A DNA stretch of 64,000 bases from positions 1 through 64,000 of the IMG/VR virus record IMGVR_UViG_2675903043_000002; one strand, written 5' to 3'. The notes below the pieces were generated by a model. The model made no database searches. It was not told the origin of the DNA and was given only the letters and a program-made list of their open reading frames with translations. Below, one piece after another: positions 9,302 through 19,127 of the stretch. The translations under genes were made by a program, and so were the position numbers. Origin of the DNA: a virus. Taxonomy: Duplodnaviria; Caudoviricetes. How positions within the stretch are numbered: the first letter of the stretch is position 1; each line of letters begins with the position of its first letter.

Positions 9302-10072
9302 ATGAAAATTAAGCAGATAAGGAATGCAACACTTAATATTGAATATGGCGGAAAAAAATTTCTGATTGATCCTTGGTTAGCTGAAAAAGGAGCAATCCCT
9401 GGATTTGGCGGTACTATCAATGATCACCTACGGAATCCAACAGCCGATTTGCCCGTTCCTATCAGTGAAATTGTTGATGTGGATGCGGTTATCTTGACCC
9501 ATGTTCATCCAGATCATTGGGATGACACTGCCAAAAATGCGATATCTAAAGACATACCGTTCTTTGTACAGCACGAAGTAGATGCACAAACAATCCGCTT
9601 GGAGGGTTTCAAAAATGTCCGGGTACTCGAGGATACTAACGATTTTGATGGTATTACGTTAATCAAAACGCCTGGTCGGCATGGCGGAAGCGAAATTGTT
9701 GAGGATATGAAAGATTTGTTAGGAGAAGTAAGTGGTATAGTTTTAAAGCATCCGGATGAGAAAACGGTCTACATCGCTGGAGATACTGTCTGGTATGAAG
9801 GAGTCGAAGACAATTTAAAGAAATACCATCCTGATGTAGTTGTGCTTAATAGCGGTGATGCCAAAGTCATTGGTGAAGAATCTATCATCATGGGCAAGCA
9901 GGATGTTTATCAGGTCTATAATGCGGCACCTAACGCGACCATTATCGCCAGCCACATGGAATCGGTGAATCATGCCACGTTATCCCGAAAAGAACTACGA
10001 GAGTATCTAAGCGAAAAAGGCATGACTCAGCGTGTATTAGTACCAGAAGATGGCGAAGCTTATAGCTTCTAA
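9302..10072 (+). CDS. MBL-fold metallo-hydrolase
   Basis: FLIDPWL, THVHPDHWD (HxHxDH), YIAGDT and ASHME motifs; AGGAG RBS before ATG 9302. Confidence 0.9.
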   Translation: MKIKQIRNATLNIEYGGKKFLIDPWLAEKGAIPGFGGTINDHLRNPTADLPVPISEIVDVDAVILTHVHPDHWDDTAKNAISKDIPFFVQHEVDAQTIRLEGFKNVRVLEDTNDFDGITLIKTPGRHGGSEIVEDMKDLLGEVSGIVLKHPDEKTVYIAGDTVWYEGVEDNLKKYHPDVVVLNSGDAKVIGEESIIMGKQDVYQVYNAAPNATIIASHMESVNHATLSRKELREYLSEKGMTQRVLVPEDGEAYSF

Positions 10073-10582
10073 TAGGTTCATGGTGTTCAGTTATGAAAGT
10101 TTTTGTGTTCTGGTTGTGTAAAAGGATAAAGATCAAGGTAAAGCACGAAGTTAGATAAAGAACGTCAAAATCCGCGAAAGGTTCTCATCGTCTCCTCAGC
10201 AGCCTGCGAGTAGATACCTAGACAGGAAAACTTATGATATTTAATGCTAGCGATTGAATCATAGAATTAAGTAGAGGCAATTCAACCGTCTTGCTTGCCC
10301 CTTATCATAAGAACTGATAATGATGCCAAGCACGGTCACATAGATAGGATATGGGGAATTCTTAAAAGGATTAAATTTCTAAGTATGCTGAAATAAAATT
10401 GTATACAAATGTATTATTGTCTACCTGTTTGCTATCCCTTAGCATTATTAACATTAATGCTGTTGATCCATAGCTCTGCTTAAACTGCCGATTATCCTTG
10501 TTTTTTATTGATTGATTCGGCCGAGTGAAGGTCAGCAACTACTTGAAAAGTGGTCAACCTTACACTTTCTACGAGAAGATCA

Positions 10583-11140
10583 ATGAAAAAGACAACTCTG
10601 CTAATTAATGTTTCCGCTATCGCTTTAGTGTATTTATTAATGCTGCCTGACCCTGCGACAGCTGACGAGAAAGGTAGCGGCACATTTAAATTCCAATATG
10701 CAGCAAAGTTTGTCTGTGGAGCAAACCTGACGAGAACCTCTCTTGAACACAATTTGTTCCTTCCCGGATCGTATACAACGGTGGTTAATATCTACAACCC
10801 AAATGACCAGAATGTGAAGTTTCGAAAGAAAATCGCTCTTGTGAATCAATTTGCACCGCAGCAGCCAGGGCCAGTATCTCAATTTATTGAGGAAGAGTTG
10901 ATAGCGGATCACGCTCTTGGCGTTGGTTGCGAGCAAATAAATAATTCCGAAATTACGCCCTTACCGATTCATGGAAGGGTTGACGGATTTTTGGTCATTG
11001 AAAGCACCGAGAGCCTTGACGTCACTGCAGTTTACACCGCTGGAGGGCCAGCAGGAACGACCGAAGTGAGTGATAATGGCATAGTGCGTGTTGAGAGCAT
11101 CGCCGTGGAGCAGATCAAGGAGCGTAAGATCTCCAGGTGA
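10583..11140 (+). CDS. Secreted hypothetical protein
   Basis: Signal-peptide-like MKKTTLLINVSAIALVYLLMLPDPATA followed by FQYAAKFVCG. Confidence 0.7.
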   Translation: MKKTTLLINVSAIALVYLLMLPDPATADEKGSGTFKFQYAAKFVCGANLTRTSLEHNLFLPGSYTTVVNIYNPNDQNVKFRKKIALVNQFAPQQPGPVSQFIEEELIADHALGVGCEQINNSEITPLPIHGRVDGFLVIESTESLDVTAVYTAGGPAGTTEVSDNGIVRVESIAVEQIKERKISR

Positions 11141-11163
11141 ACTGGAATCATAAGTAGGGTAGC

Positions 11164-11640
11164 TTATGCTATACGCAGCATAAGTACCTGCATCTGTTCG
11201 GCCCAACTGCTGGGCCAGGGGTGGCGCATCACCTTCTCCAGCACGGCGTCGGGCGAGCCCACCAGCCATTCGACGACCTTCGGGGCCAACAGAGTTAGGC
11301 GCATCACACGGCGCACCTGAGTGACGTCCATTCCCTCGACATCCGCAATCTCTGCAACCGATGTCACGCGCTGTTCATCCAGCAAGCATTGCCAATAAAA
11401 TGCCAGACCAAGAGCACGCAATAACGCGGAATCCTGCACTGATTTACGGGCTTCTCGCTCACGACATGCCTCCTCCAAGAACGCCTGCGGCGCATCCAGC
11501 GGCGTGATGACTTGCTTCTTGCAACCCCGTTTCACCAACGTCCACGGTACAAAGGTTTCCAACTGGACGCCGCCCGCCGGAACAGGTAGCTGGTAGATGA
11601 CCGCACTACCGTCGATTCGTCCACGGTGTTTCTTGCTCAT
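11164..11640 (-). CDS. Recombinase-associated small HTH protein
   Basis: ETFVPWTLVKRG, ALGLAFYWQ and RLTLLAP motifs; coupled to the recombinase operon; paralogous to 11637..12017. Confidence 0.7.
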   Translation of the reverse strand: MSKKHRGRIDGSAVIYQLPVPAGGVQLETFVPWTLVKRGCKKQVITPLDAPQAFLEEACREREARKSVQDSALLRALGLAFYWQCLLDEQRVTSVAEIADVEGMDVTQVRRVMRLTLLAPKVVEWLVGSPDAVLEKVMRHPWPSSWAEQMQVLMLRIA

Positions 11641-12017
11641 GTCTCCTCCTCAAAACGCTTTACCATCTGCCGCTGGGCTTCCCATTCTATGGGCAAGGGA
11701 TTACGCTGAAACCAGATCAGGTTCATGCGAAGTGGCTGGCGCCCAGCCAGCAACAAATCGATGATGTCTGGGGCAAGCAAGGTCAACCGTAGTAATTCGT
11801 TGACTACTGAATGATGTAGCTTTTCTGCCCGGGCGATAGCCGAGCCACTCTTCATCACACCAGCGTAGATCAAATGTTGCCAGTAAAAAGCCCGAGCGAG
11901 ACCTTCGAGCAAAATCACGTTATGGGCGTTATGCTCATCGGTAACGCGCTGCACACCTCGGCGATGCAATGTCAAAGGTACAAAGGTTTCAAAAGTATCA
12001 TTAGGGAACTGACTCAT
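11637..12017 (-). CDS. Recombinase-associated small HTH protein (paralog)
   Basis: ETFVPLTLHRRG, GLARAFYWQ and RLTLLAP motifs; ATGA overlaps on both sides. Confidence 0.7.
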   Translation of the reverse strand: MSQFPNDTFETFVPLTLHRRGVQRVTDEHNAHNVILLEGLARAFYWQHLIYAGVMKSGSAIARAEKLHHSVVNELLRLTLLAPDIIDLLLAGRQPLRMNLIWFQRNPLPIEWEAQRQMVKRFEEET

Positions 12018-13405
12018 GGGTTCTCGACCTCCAGCAACTCGGCACCGATCCCCTTCGGCACAAACTCGCCGAGCAAAGCGTTCCAGCCGAGTTCACGCCA
12101 CTTCACCCTGATACCCTGCATTTCTCCTCTATGGACGAGATCGATGCGTTCGATCATCAGAGTGGCGATGCGATGGCGCTCAACCGGGAACAGTTGCTCC
12201 CACACGTCGTTGAGCCGCCCCATGGCCATCACGGTAGTGGCTTCGTCGACCTGTTTGCCGTTGCGCTGAATCTGGCGCACCACGGCTGTCACCGCTTCAG
12301 GACTGGTGAGTACTGTCCGAATCTGCGCAACGACTGCCGCCTCGATCTCTGGCGCGGGTAAACGCGCATAGCTCTTGCCAGATGCGCCGAAGCGGCTTTC
12401 CGATTTGGATACGTAATAATGATACTTGCGCCCGTTCTTGCGCGAATAGGTCGGGTACATCCGCTCACCAGAGGGAGCATACAAGAGGCCGCGCAGCAAG
12501 GCATCAGTGCGCGACCGGATCTTGGTTTCCACCGAGCGCGCGTGTCCGTCCCTGGTCAGAACAGCGTGAACCTTATCCCAAAGCTCCTGGTCGATGATCG
12601 GCGAGTGCACGCCAGGGTACCAACTACCCTTGTGCGATAACTCGCCGAGGTAGATGCGATTACGTAGCAATTTATGCAAATACTTCTTGTCAATGCGTGT
12701 GCCGCTGCGGGTCTGCCCTTCCTGCGTCGTCCAGGCCTTGGTAGTGATCCCCTCGGCAGCCAATCTAGCAGCGATCTGAGTAGGCGAACCGATGGTCAAC
12801 ATCTCCTCAAAAATACGCCGTACCACCGCCGCTTCAGCTTCGTTGATAATCAGCATACGGTTGTCGACATCATAACCTAGCGGCGGCACGCCACCCATCC
12901 ACATTCCCTTGCGCTTGGCGGCTGCGATCTTGTCGCGGATGCGCTCACCGGTGACTTCGCGTTCGAACTGGGCAAAGGACAACAGCACGTTCAACATCAG
13001 CCGCCCCATCGAGGTCGTGGTATTGAACTGTTGGGTGACTGAAACGAACGACACTTCAAAGCGCTCGAATATTTCGACCATCTTCGAGAAGTCAGCCAGG
13101 CTGCGTGTCAGGCGATCGATCTTGTAGACCACGACAATGTCGATTTTCCTGGCGCAGATATCAGCTATCAAACGTTTGAGCGCCGGGCGCTCAGTATTGC
13201 CGCCGGAAAAGCCGGGATCATCATAATCATCCGCCACCGCTATCCAACCCTGCGAGCGCTGGCTCGCAATGTAGGCATGACCTGCCTCCTTCTGCGCATC
13301 GATAGAATTGAATTCCTGATTGAGCCGTTCATCCGAAGAAACCCGGCAATAGACTGCGCAACGTTTGCGTGCCTTGGTTGGGGCAATATGCGCAGGCTCA
13401 TTCAT
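12014..13405 (-). CDS. Large serine recombinase (integrase)
   Basis: AVYCRVSS catalytic Ser, DPGFSGG, VYKIDRLTRS and a recombinase domain (LLRNRIYLG). Confidence 0.95.
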   Translation of the reverse strand: MNEPAHIAPTKARKRCAVYCRVSSDERLNQEFNSIDAQKEAGHAYIASQRSQGWIAVADDYDDPGFSGGNTERPALKRLIADICARKIDIVVVYKIDRLTRSLADFSKMVEIFERFEVSFVSVTQQFNTTTSMGRLMLNVLLSFAQFEREVTGERIRDKIAAAKRKGMWMGGVPPLGYDVDNRMLIINEAEAAVVRRIFEEMLTIGSPTQIAARLAAEGITTKAWTTQEGQTRSGTRIDKKYLHKLLRNRIYLGELSHKGSWYPGVHSPIIDQELWDKVHAVLTRDGHARSVETKIRSRTDALLRGLLYAPSGERMYPTYSRKNGRKYHYYVSKSESRFGASGKSYARLPAPEIEAAVVAQIRTVLTSPEAVTAVVRQIQRNGKQVDEATTVMAMGRLNDVWEQLFPVERHRIATLMIERIDLVHRGEMQGIRVKWRELGWNALLGEFVPKGIGAELLEVENP

Positions 13406-13857
13406 TGGTCACCTCGCTTGCCAATCAGGCCAAAGAACAGGGGGCCACTCCAATGCGCGCCCGTGATGTGACGGGCGACCGCAGTCAAGCTCTTGAACGG
13501 TCGCCCTTCGTATTCGAATAATCCTTCGGCCGTGACTGTCACGCGGTGTTCACGCTCACCCCATTCACGCAATAGCACCGTCCCTGGCGCAAAATTAAAT
13601 TCGCGTGGCTTGGCGCGCAACTTGATCCTGGAGTGTTTGGCGCCAATCGCCTCTAAACGCTCCCTTGTGGCCGCAGCGAGCCCGCCAAAGGCTTCCTCCT
13701 GGATTTTGTAGGCGATACGCGATTCGACATGAGAGCGATTAGGATACTCTGGTCGTCGCTTGAAATAACGGTCCCACAGCAGCCAAAGCTCGGACATGGG
13801 GAGACTTGGTAGTTCTGCAATACGCGCAGCTACTGATGATTTTGGTTTATCGTTCAT
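13402..13857 (-). CDS. DUF2924 domain protein
   Basis: PGTVLLREW, FKSLTAVARHITGAHWSGPLFFGL; directly upstream of the serine recombinase. Confidence 0.85.
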   Translation of the reverse strand: MNDKPKSSVAARIAELPSLPMSELWLLWDRYFKRRPEYPNRSHVESRIAYKIQEEAFGGLAAATRERLEAIGAKHSRIKLRAKPREFNFAPGTVLLREWGEREHRVTVTAEGLFEYEGRPFKSLTAVARHITGAHWSGPLFFGLIGKRGDQ

Positions 13858-14051
13858 GACAACCTCTCTTTTCTAGATAACGGGTTCGTATGAACGCTCG
13901 GGTAGGAAGTAATAGCAAGCTCAACTTCTTTCTGTTTGTCGCTTCCTGCCAGTTGCGTGCGCACAATGGCAGCCGCAAGGATCAGGGCGATTTCGCCAGC
14001 TCTCTGGCTGGCTGACATTTCGGATGGGTGAGGTAGTTCGAGGTGCTTCAT
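13854..14051 (-). CDS. Small hypothetical protein, first gene of the recombinase operon
   Basis: MKHLELPHPSEMSASQRAGEIALILAAAIVR; GGAG RBS; stop overlaps the DUF2924 start. Confidence 0.6.
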   Translation of the reverse strand: MKHLELPHPSEMSASQRAGEIALILAAAIVRTQLAGSDKQKEVELAITSYPSVHTNPLSRKERLS

Positions 14052-14211
14052 GGTGGCTCCAAGGAATGGTAACAGCCACACATAGTGCATGGCTTCTTCC
14101 CAATAGGATGGCAAAAGAGAGCAACAATATGATTGCTTTTCTTATTTCGCAAGATATTTTTGCTTTTTTATTTTAGCAATTATAGAATGCCGGTTTAGGA
14201 GGGTCATCACC

Positions 14212-15357
14212 ATGCTGAAAAATATCAGTTCAGGCACCAGTCAAAAGATTTCACAGAAGTTGATCGGCTATCGCGTCAAGGCTGCACGCGAGGCAAGACA
14301 GTGGACGCAGGATCTGCTCGCTCGAGGACTGGGACTAAAGGATCGCCAATCCGTCTCTGATATCGAGAACGGTAAGCGTGCGCTCAAGCCAGAGGAATTA
14401 CTACTGCTCTCCGAGCTGCTGGAGCGGGAAATTGAATTTTTTATCGACCCTTTTGCCGTGGCTGGCGAAGCACAGTTCTCATGGCGGGTGGCCCCTGAAG
14501 TTTCCGAAGATCGTCTTGACGAGTTCGAGTTGAAGGCCGGTCAATGGATTGGTCTGCTGCGTTGGTTACGCGAACAGCGAGAAGGCCGGGCAAGCGTGCT
14601 CAAGCGTGCGCTACGTCTGTCGGCACAGTCGTCATTCGAAGATGCCCATGAGCGCGCCGAAAGTTTGGTAGCCGAGCTTGATTTGGGCATGATCCCGGCC
14701 GAAACGCTGATTGAAAAAATCGAGCAGGAGCTCGATATTCCTGTGCTGTTCGTCGATACGATCAATGGCGACGATGATCCGTCCATCTCTGGGGCAACCT
14801 GCCACATCGATCAAATGGGCGTCATCCTGATCAATCGCAACGAGAGTGAAGCGCGCCGCTACTACGATCTCGCGCACGAGCTGTTCCATGCGCTCACCTG
14901 GGATGCAATGAAACCCGATCATCGCGAATCCAATTCCCTCGCAGATCGCAATAAAGACAAACGCATCGAGCAATTGGCCAACAACTTCGGGGCGAGCCTG
15001 CTGATGCCGCGCGCATCACTTGACCAGCTGATTGATCCGAGTCGCGCCCACGATATTGCCCATCTGTGCGAAGTCGCTGCGCTGTTGCGGGTAGCTCCTG
15101 TGGCGCTCGCCTGGCGATTGTTCAACCTCAAGCTAATTACTAAAGATACTCGGCATGGCCTTTCCCGGCAAAAACAACGGCACTCGGCATCGGGTTCACC
15201 CAAACGATTCTCCCTCACGTTCGTCAAAATGCTATATGAGGCGCTCGACAATGGAAGGCTATCGGCACGCAAGGCGGCTAAAGCCATGGGATTAGGATTG
15301 GGGGGACTGACCGAGCTGTTTACTCAGTATGACCTCACCGCACCCTTCGAGCTGTGA
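14212..15357 (+). CDS. XRE-family HTH fused to an ImmA/IrrE Zn metallopeptidase
   Basis: N-terminal HTH (TQDLLARGLG...SVSDIENGKR), HELFH (HExxH) and EQLANNFGASLLMP. Confidence 0.92.
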   Translation: MLKNISSGTSQKISQKLIGYRVKAAREARQWTQDLLARGLGLKDRQSVSDIENGKRALKPEELLLLSELLEREIEFFIDPFAVAGEAQFSWRVAPEVSEDRLDEFELKAGQWIGLLRWLREQREGRASVLKRALRLSAQSSFEDAHERAESLVAELDLGMIPAETLIEKIEQELDIPVLFVDTINGDDDPSISGATCHIDQMGVILINRNESEARRYYDLAHELFHALTWDAMKPDHRESNSLADRNKDKRIEQLANNFGASLLMPRASLDQLIDPSRAHDIAHLCEVAALLRVAPVALAWRLFNLKLITKDTRHGLSRQKQRHSASGSPKRFSLTFVKMLYEALDNGRLSARKAAKAMGLGLGGLTELFTQYDLTAPFEL

Positions 15358-15369
15358 GGTGGTTACGGT

Positions 15370-15891
15370 ATGCCAAAAACCCGCGTGTTTGCCGATACCA
15401 ATGTTATGCTGGAAGCCTTGCGGACAGACTGCTGGAGCGCAATCAGCAGTCATTTCGCACTCGAAACGGTCGAGAAGTGTGTGAAAGAAACGCTGACGGG
15501 CCATCCTGGTGATTGCCGCCACATCGCAGTTGCTCCCGCGAAGTTAAAGGCAGGCCTGGCTGGCCAACATGCCGTGACACGCCAGGATATCGCCTCACTG
15601 GTGCTCGCCCATCCTGATTGCAATACACTCGACGACGGAGAGAAACACCTGTTCGCATGGCTATTCGCGAACCATCTGTTGCCGTCAGACGCCATCATCG
15701 TCACCACTGCCGACAAGGCAGCTTTGGTGGCTTCTCATGGATTGGGATGGCTTGACTGCACGACTTCCCTGGAAGATCTCGCTCATCAAGCTGGGGTAGG
15801 TCGCACCAATCTCGCTGCGCTCGCATTGCAGTACCGCGAAGACTGGCTATCAAGCATTAAGATTAAAATTAGAATGGGAATCATCCCGTGA
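15370..15891 (+). CDS. PIN-domain protein (candidate toxin)
   Basis: VFADTNV, LDDGEKHL and TTADKAA acidic residues of the PIN fold; follows the XRE-IrrE gene. Confidence 0.7.
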   Translation: MPKTRVFADTNVMLEALRTDCWSAISSHFALETVEKCVKETLTGHPGDCRHIAVAPAKLKAGLAGQHAVTRQDIASLVLAHPDCNTLDDGEKHLFAWLFANHLLPSDAIIVTTADKAALVASHGLGWLDCTTSLEDLAHQAGVGRTNLAALALQYREDWLSSIKIKIRMGIIP

Positions 15892-15961
15892 TTATCGTAG
15901 CGCTGGCGGCGTTACCACTTCATGGGAGGCAGGCCACGCAACATTGTTCAAGGAGCAATAA

Positions 15962-18241
15962 GTGGCCAAAAAAACCCTCAGAAACAGCAAACACCTTGTC
16001 GAACTGATCGGATCGGCAACGCTACCCTCCCTCGCGCTGCTTGCAAAAATCGACCCATTCGCCTTCCTCAGCATCCTGGATGCATCGAAACCCGAGGATA
16101 GCGCTCGCTCAACCCTCATCGACGACTTATCCTTTGTCAAACGCGAAGCCATCACTATCGCTGATGGAGAGGCCGTACGTCTGCTACAGTTGCTGCGCTT
16201 TCGCACCGAAGCGCTCCTCGAATACGCCTACTCAGCCATTATCTTCGGTAATCACCCGGAACTCAGCACTTTTGAGCACACGGCCGATGCGATGACTCGC
16301 TTGATCTGGTTGAGGGTCAACGCTTCCCACATTTTCGATCAGATCGAAACCATCTATTTTACTCACCATTTCCACGGCCACAAGAAATTCCTGGGTTTCA
16401 GTGTACGAGATGGGGACGGGCGTGATTTCGTGTGGACCGAGGAAGTGTCACAAAAGCTGCACGAAGGGGTCGGTGAGATTCTGAAATTGGACGACGAGGC
16501 CATGGCAAACTGTGAAATCATCCATTTCGAAATGGAAGAGAGTGATGACGCCGGCAAACGCCGTCTGCACTATCTCGTGGTCTATCATCCCGGGAAGATG
16601 CGTGCGTTACGCCAGATGAAAGATCAGCGGCGTGATCTGCTGCTCTACATTCCTGCACTGGAAGCCACGCTGGTCTATGATGCGGCCGCAAACAAAGTGC
16701 ATGTGCTGTCCGAGCGGCAAAGTATTGCGAAACGGCTAGCCGATCGGTTTTCGTTGATCGGGTTCGACAAGCCCCTCTCGAAGCAACCGGTAGATGCGAT
16801 CAGCTATGAATTAGCCATGCTCAAGAATTGGGTTGATCTGAAGGCAGCCAAAGCAACTGGTGCACTGATCGTGGATGCCTGGGTATCTTCGTTGAGCGTG
16901 TCCCTCGGACATAGCCAGCACAGCATCACGCTGTCACTGGCAAACAGCGACGACATCTGGCGCGTGACAAGCGAGCACTTCGGTCAGCATAACCCGATCA
17001 CCGCTTGCCGTTCCATATGGGAGGTCAAGCTATCGTTTGTCGTGCGCTTCGACCATGAGACGGAAACACGTGCATTGGACATCACGGTCGGCCAGCGCGG
17101 CTACTGCAACCTGCTCACCCTTCCGGATCCGAGGCTTCGTCGATGCGGCGAAGATATCCTGACTTCGCTCGGTGTGATGAAGCGCATTGAGCTGGCGAAG
17201 GTCGGTGAAAACCTCGCGCTGTTCCAGGCTGAAATGAAGCTGCTCGATTTGGCGACAGATGAAATTGACGGTCATTTGTTGAGCACGCTGAGCTTGCCCA
17301 CCGCTGATCTCGTAGCCAAGGGTCTACTGAAGAAAAAGACCCCGGGCGACTACATTACAGTGCCAGTGGAGGATGACGACGGTCAAGCGGGCTTTCACCG
17401 ACTTAAGGTGCAATCGAACAGCACCCGCACCTGGGCACAAGACGAGGTCAGTGGGCAACAATTTGATCTCACCGAAGGCGATCTGTGCCGCTATGCACTT
17501 GACAAATGGTATCTGCGCGAGCGGCTCGGTTTGCTGCTCAAGGATCAGTTGGTCGACAGACCCCTCAGCCCCGATGAGCACGAACCGTTCATTCTCGGCT
17601 ACTACCGCATGGGGAATCAAAGGCTCCCGATTGCGCTGGTATCGCGGCTCTGGGAGCCCAAACATGCCGACAAGATGGATAGCGCGCTGCGCCAATCTAA
17701 CCTCGGGCTCACCATCGTCTTGAGCACAACGGTAGACTCGCCTCGTCGCTTCCTGGGTCCGGGCATCGTAATCCCGGTGAACACCCTTCTGATCGAGCAT
17801 GACGGCGAAGTCAGGCTTGATCTATCACGTATCGAGGGAGAGGTACGCCGCTGGCAGAACGCGGCTATAACCAGTGATACGCCCTACTTGATCAGAGAGG
17901 ATGCGCGCAATGCGCTGCTGGTCGGTCCCTGGTCAGATCCGTGGACGCTTACGAAGAAGGAATGGGTGGATGTGGTCGCAGTGCTCGTGGATGCCTGGAT
18001 GTCACAGAAAAAGAAATGCACCAAGCTGCAACTGGAGAGCGCAGCGAATGTGCCTATCCGTTCATTGGGAGAGTTTTTCCGGGGTGCGCCTGAGTGGAAA
18101 AACTACATCCGCGGTGCAGATGGTAGCAACAGGCCTCGTCTGTGGGAACTGAATATCGGCGCAGTCGATTATCCCATCCATGAATCGAACCCTTCCAATC
18201 ATACTTACGAACGCACTGAAGCGCCTGGCATGGCGACATAA
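15962..18241 (+). CDS. Large hypothetical protein, possible C-terminal winged-helix DNA-binding domain
   Basis: 759-aa ORF with an AAGGAG RBS; no catalytic motif recognised. Confidence 0.75.
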   Translation: MAKKTLRNSKHLVELIGSATLPSLALLAKIDPFAFLSILDASKPEDSARSTLIDDLSFVKREAITIADGEAVRLLQLLRFRTEALLEYAYSAIIFGNHPELSTFEHTADAMTRLIWLRVNASHIFDQIETIYFTHHFHGHKKFLGFSVRDGDGRDFVWTEEVSQKLHEGVGEILKLDDEAMANCEIIHFEMEESDDAGKRRLHYLVVYHPGKMRALRQMKDQRRDLLLYIPALEATLVYDAAANKVHVLSERQSIAKRLADRFSLIGFDKPLSKQPVDAISYELAMLKNWVDLKAAKATGALIVDAWVSSLSVSLGHSQHSITLSLANSDDIWRVTSEHFGQHNPITACRSIWEVKLSFVVRFDHETETRALDITVGQRGYCNLLTLPDPRLRRCGEDILTSLGVMKRIELAKVGENLALFQAEMKLLDLATDEIDGHLLSTLSLPTADLVAKGLLKKKTPGDYITVPVEDDDGQAGFHRLKVQSNSTRTWAQDEVSGQQFDLTEGDLCRYALDKWYLRERLGLLLKDQLVDRPLSPDEHEPFILGYYRMGNQRLPIALVSRLWEPKHADKMDSALRQSNLGLTIVLSTTVDSPRRFLGPGIVIPVNTLLIEHDGEVRLDLSRIEGEVRRWQNAAITSDTPYLIREDARNALLVGPWSDPWTLTKKEWVDVVAVLVDAWMSQKKKCTKLQLESAANVPIRSLGEFFRGAPEWKNYIRGADGSNRPRLWELNIGAVDYPIHESNPSNHTYERTEAPGMAT

Positions 18242-18271
18242 TCACCATACAAATCAATACGTTGTATTTTT

Positions 18272-18300
18272 TGCGTAATTTCTGCGTAAATCCTGCGTAA
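18272..18300 (+). promoter_or_regulatory. Three phased TGCGTAA direct repeats upstream of the early operon
   Basis: TGCGTAA at 18272, 18283 and 18294 (11-bp period). Confidence 0.55.
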
Positions 18301-18361
18301 TATCGCAGCCCCGTCTGCGAGTTAATAGGAGCACTTCAACACAACAAAAGGAGTGCTTCAA

Positions 18362-18625
18362 ATGCCAAATCAAGTTTCATCCGTTCAATCTGGCCAGAAA
18401 ATCGTATGGCCACGCCAGAACGGTGCTACACGCATTGCCCTTGACGAAAGCGAACTCGCGGCTCGTTGGGGGCTGTCGGTCAAGACCCTGCGCCGCTGGC
18501 GTCAGGAACAGCTCGGCCCGGTCTTCTGTAAGCTGGGTTCCCGCGTCACCTATCTCATCTCTGAAGTCGAAGCGTTCGAGCGGCGTGTTTCGCGCTACTC
18601 GACTTCCGCTCGAGCATACCAATAA
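18362..18625 (+). CDS. AlpA/excisionase-like HTH protein
   Basis: LDESELAARWGLSVKTLRRWR...GPVFCKLGSRVTY. Confidence 0.85.
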   Translation: MPNQVSSVQSGQKIVWPRQNGATRIALDESELAARWGLSVKTLRRWRQEQLGPVFCKLGSRVTYLISEVEAFERRVSRYSTSARAYQ

Positions 18626-18635
18626 GGGGAAAGAC

Positions 18636-19127
18636 ATGAACGATCTGACCATCTTCCCCGCCGACATCAATGAGATGTCCGTGAGCCAATTGGCCGCGTT
18701 ATTACCTGAGCAAAAGCACGAGATTAGTAAGAACCTTGATTGCGCCAGCGAATGGCTGAAAAGAGCTCGCGCCAAGTTCGATGCGGCGCTGGATCAGTGC
18801 TACAGCGAGCAAACTTCTGCCATCCGTCACGCATCCGGCAAGGATTTCGGTGTATGCCATCTCACTGATGGGTTATTGCGCATCACAGTCGATCAGCCTA
18901 AACGCGTGTCATGGGATCAGGCGCAGCTATCCCTTCTTGCCAAGCGTATCGAGGACTCCGGTGAGCATGTCAGTGATTACATCGACATCGAGTATTCAAT
19001 TGCGGAATCCCGCTACACCAACTGGCCCACTCCCATGCAAGAGCTGTTCAGTTCAGCACGTACCGTAAAACCTGGCAAAGCAAGCTATCGCCTTGCATTG
19101 CTTAGCACAGAAGGAAAATCAGCATGA
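18636..19127 (+). CDS. Phage hypothetical protein (recombination module)
   Basis: Start MNDLTIFP after a GGGGAAAG RBS; PKRVSWDQ motif; overlaps the next gene. Confidence 0.7.
   Translation: MNDLTIFPADINEMSVSQLAALLPEQKHEISKNLDCASEWLKRARAKFDAALDQCYSEQTSAIRHASGKDFGVCHLTDGLLRITVDQPKRVSWDQAQLSLLAKRIEDSGEHVSDYIDIEYSIAESRYTNWPTPMQELFSSARTVKPGKASYRLALLSTEGKSA

Noticed and set aside
9302-10072. Antibiotic-resistance metallo-beta-lactamase
   Set aside because: No signal peptide; motifs fit generic cytoplasmic MBL-fold hydrolases.
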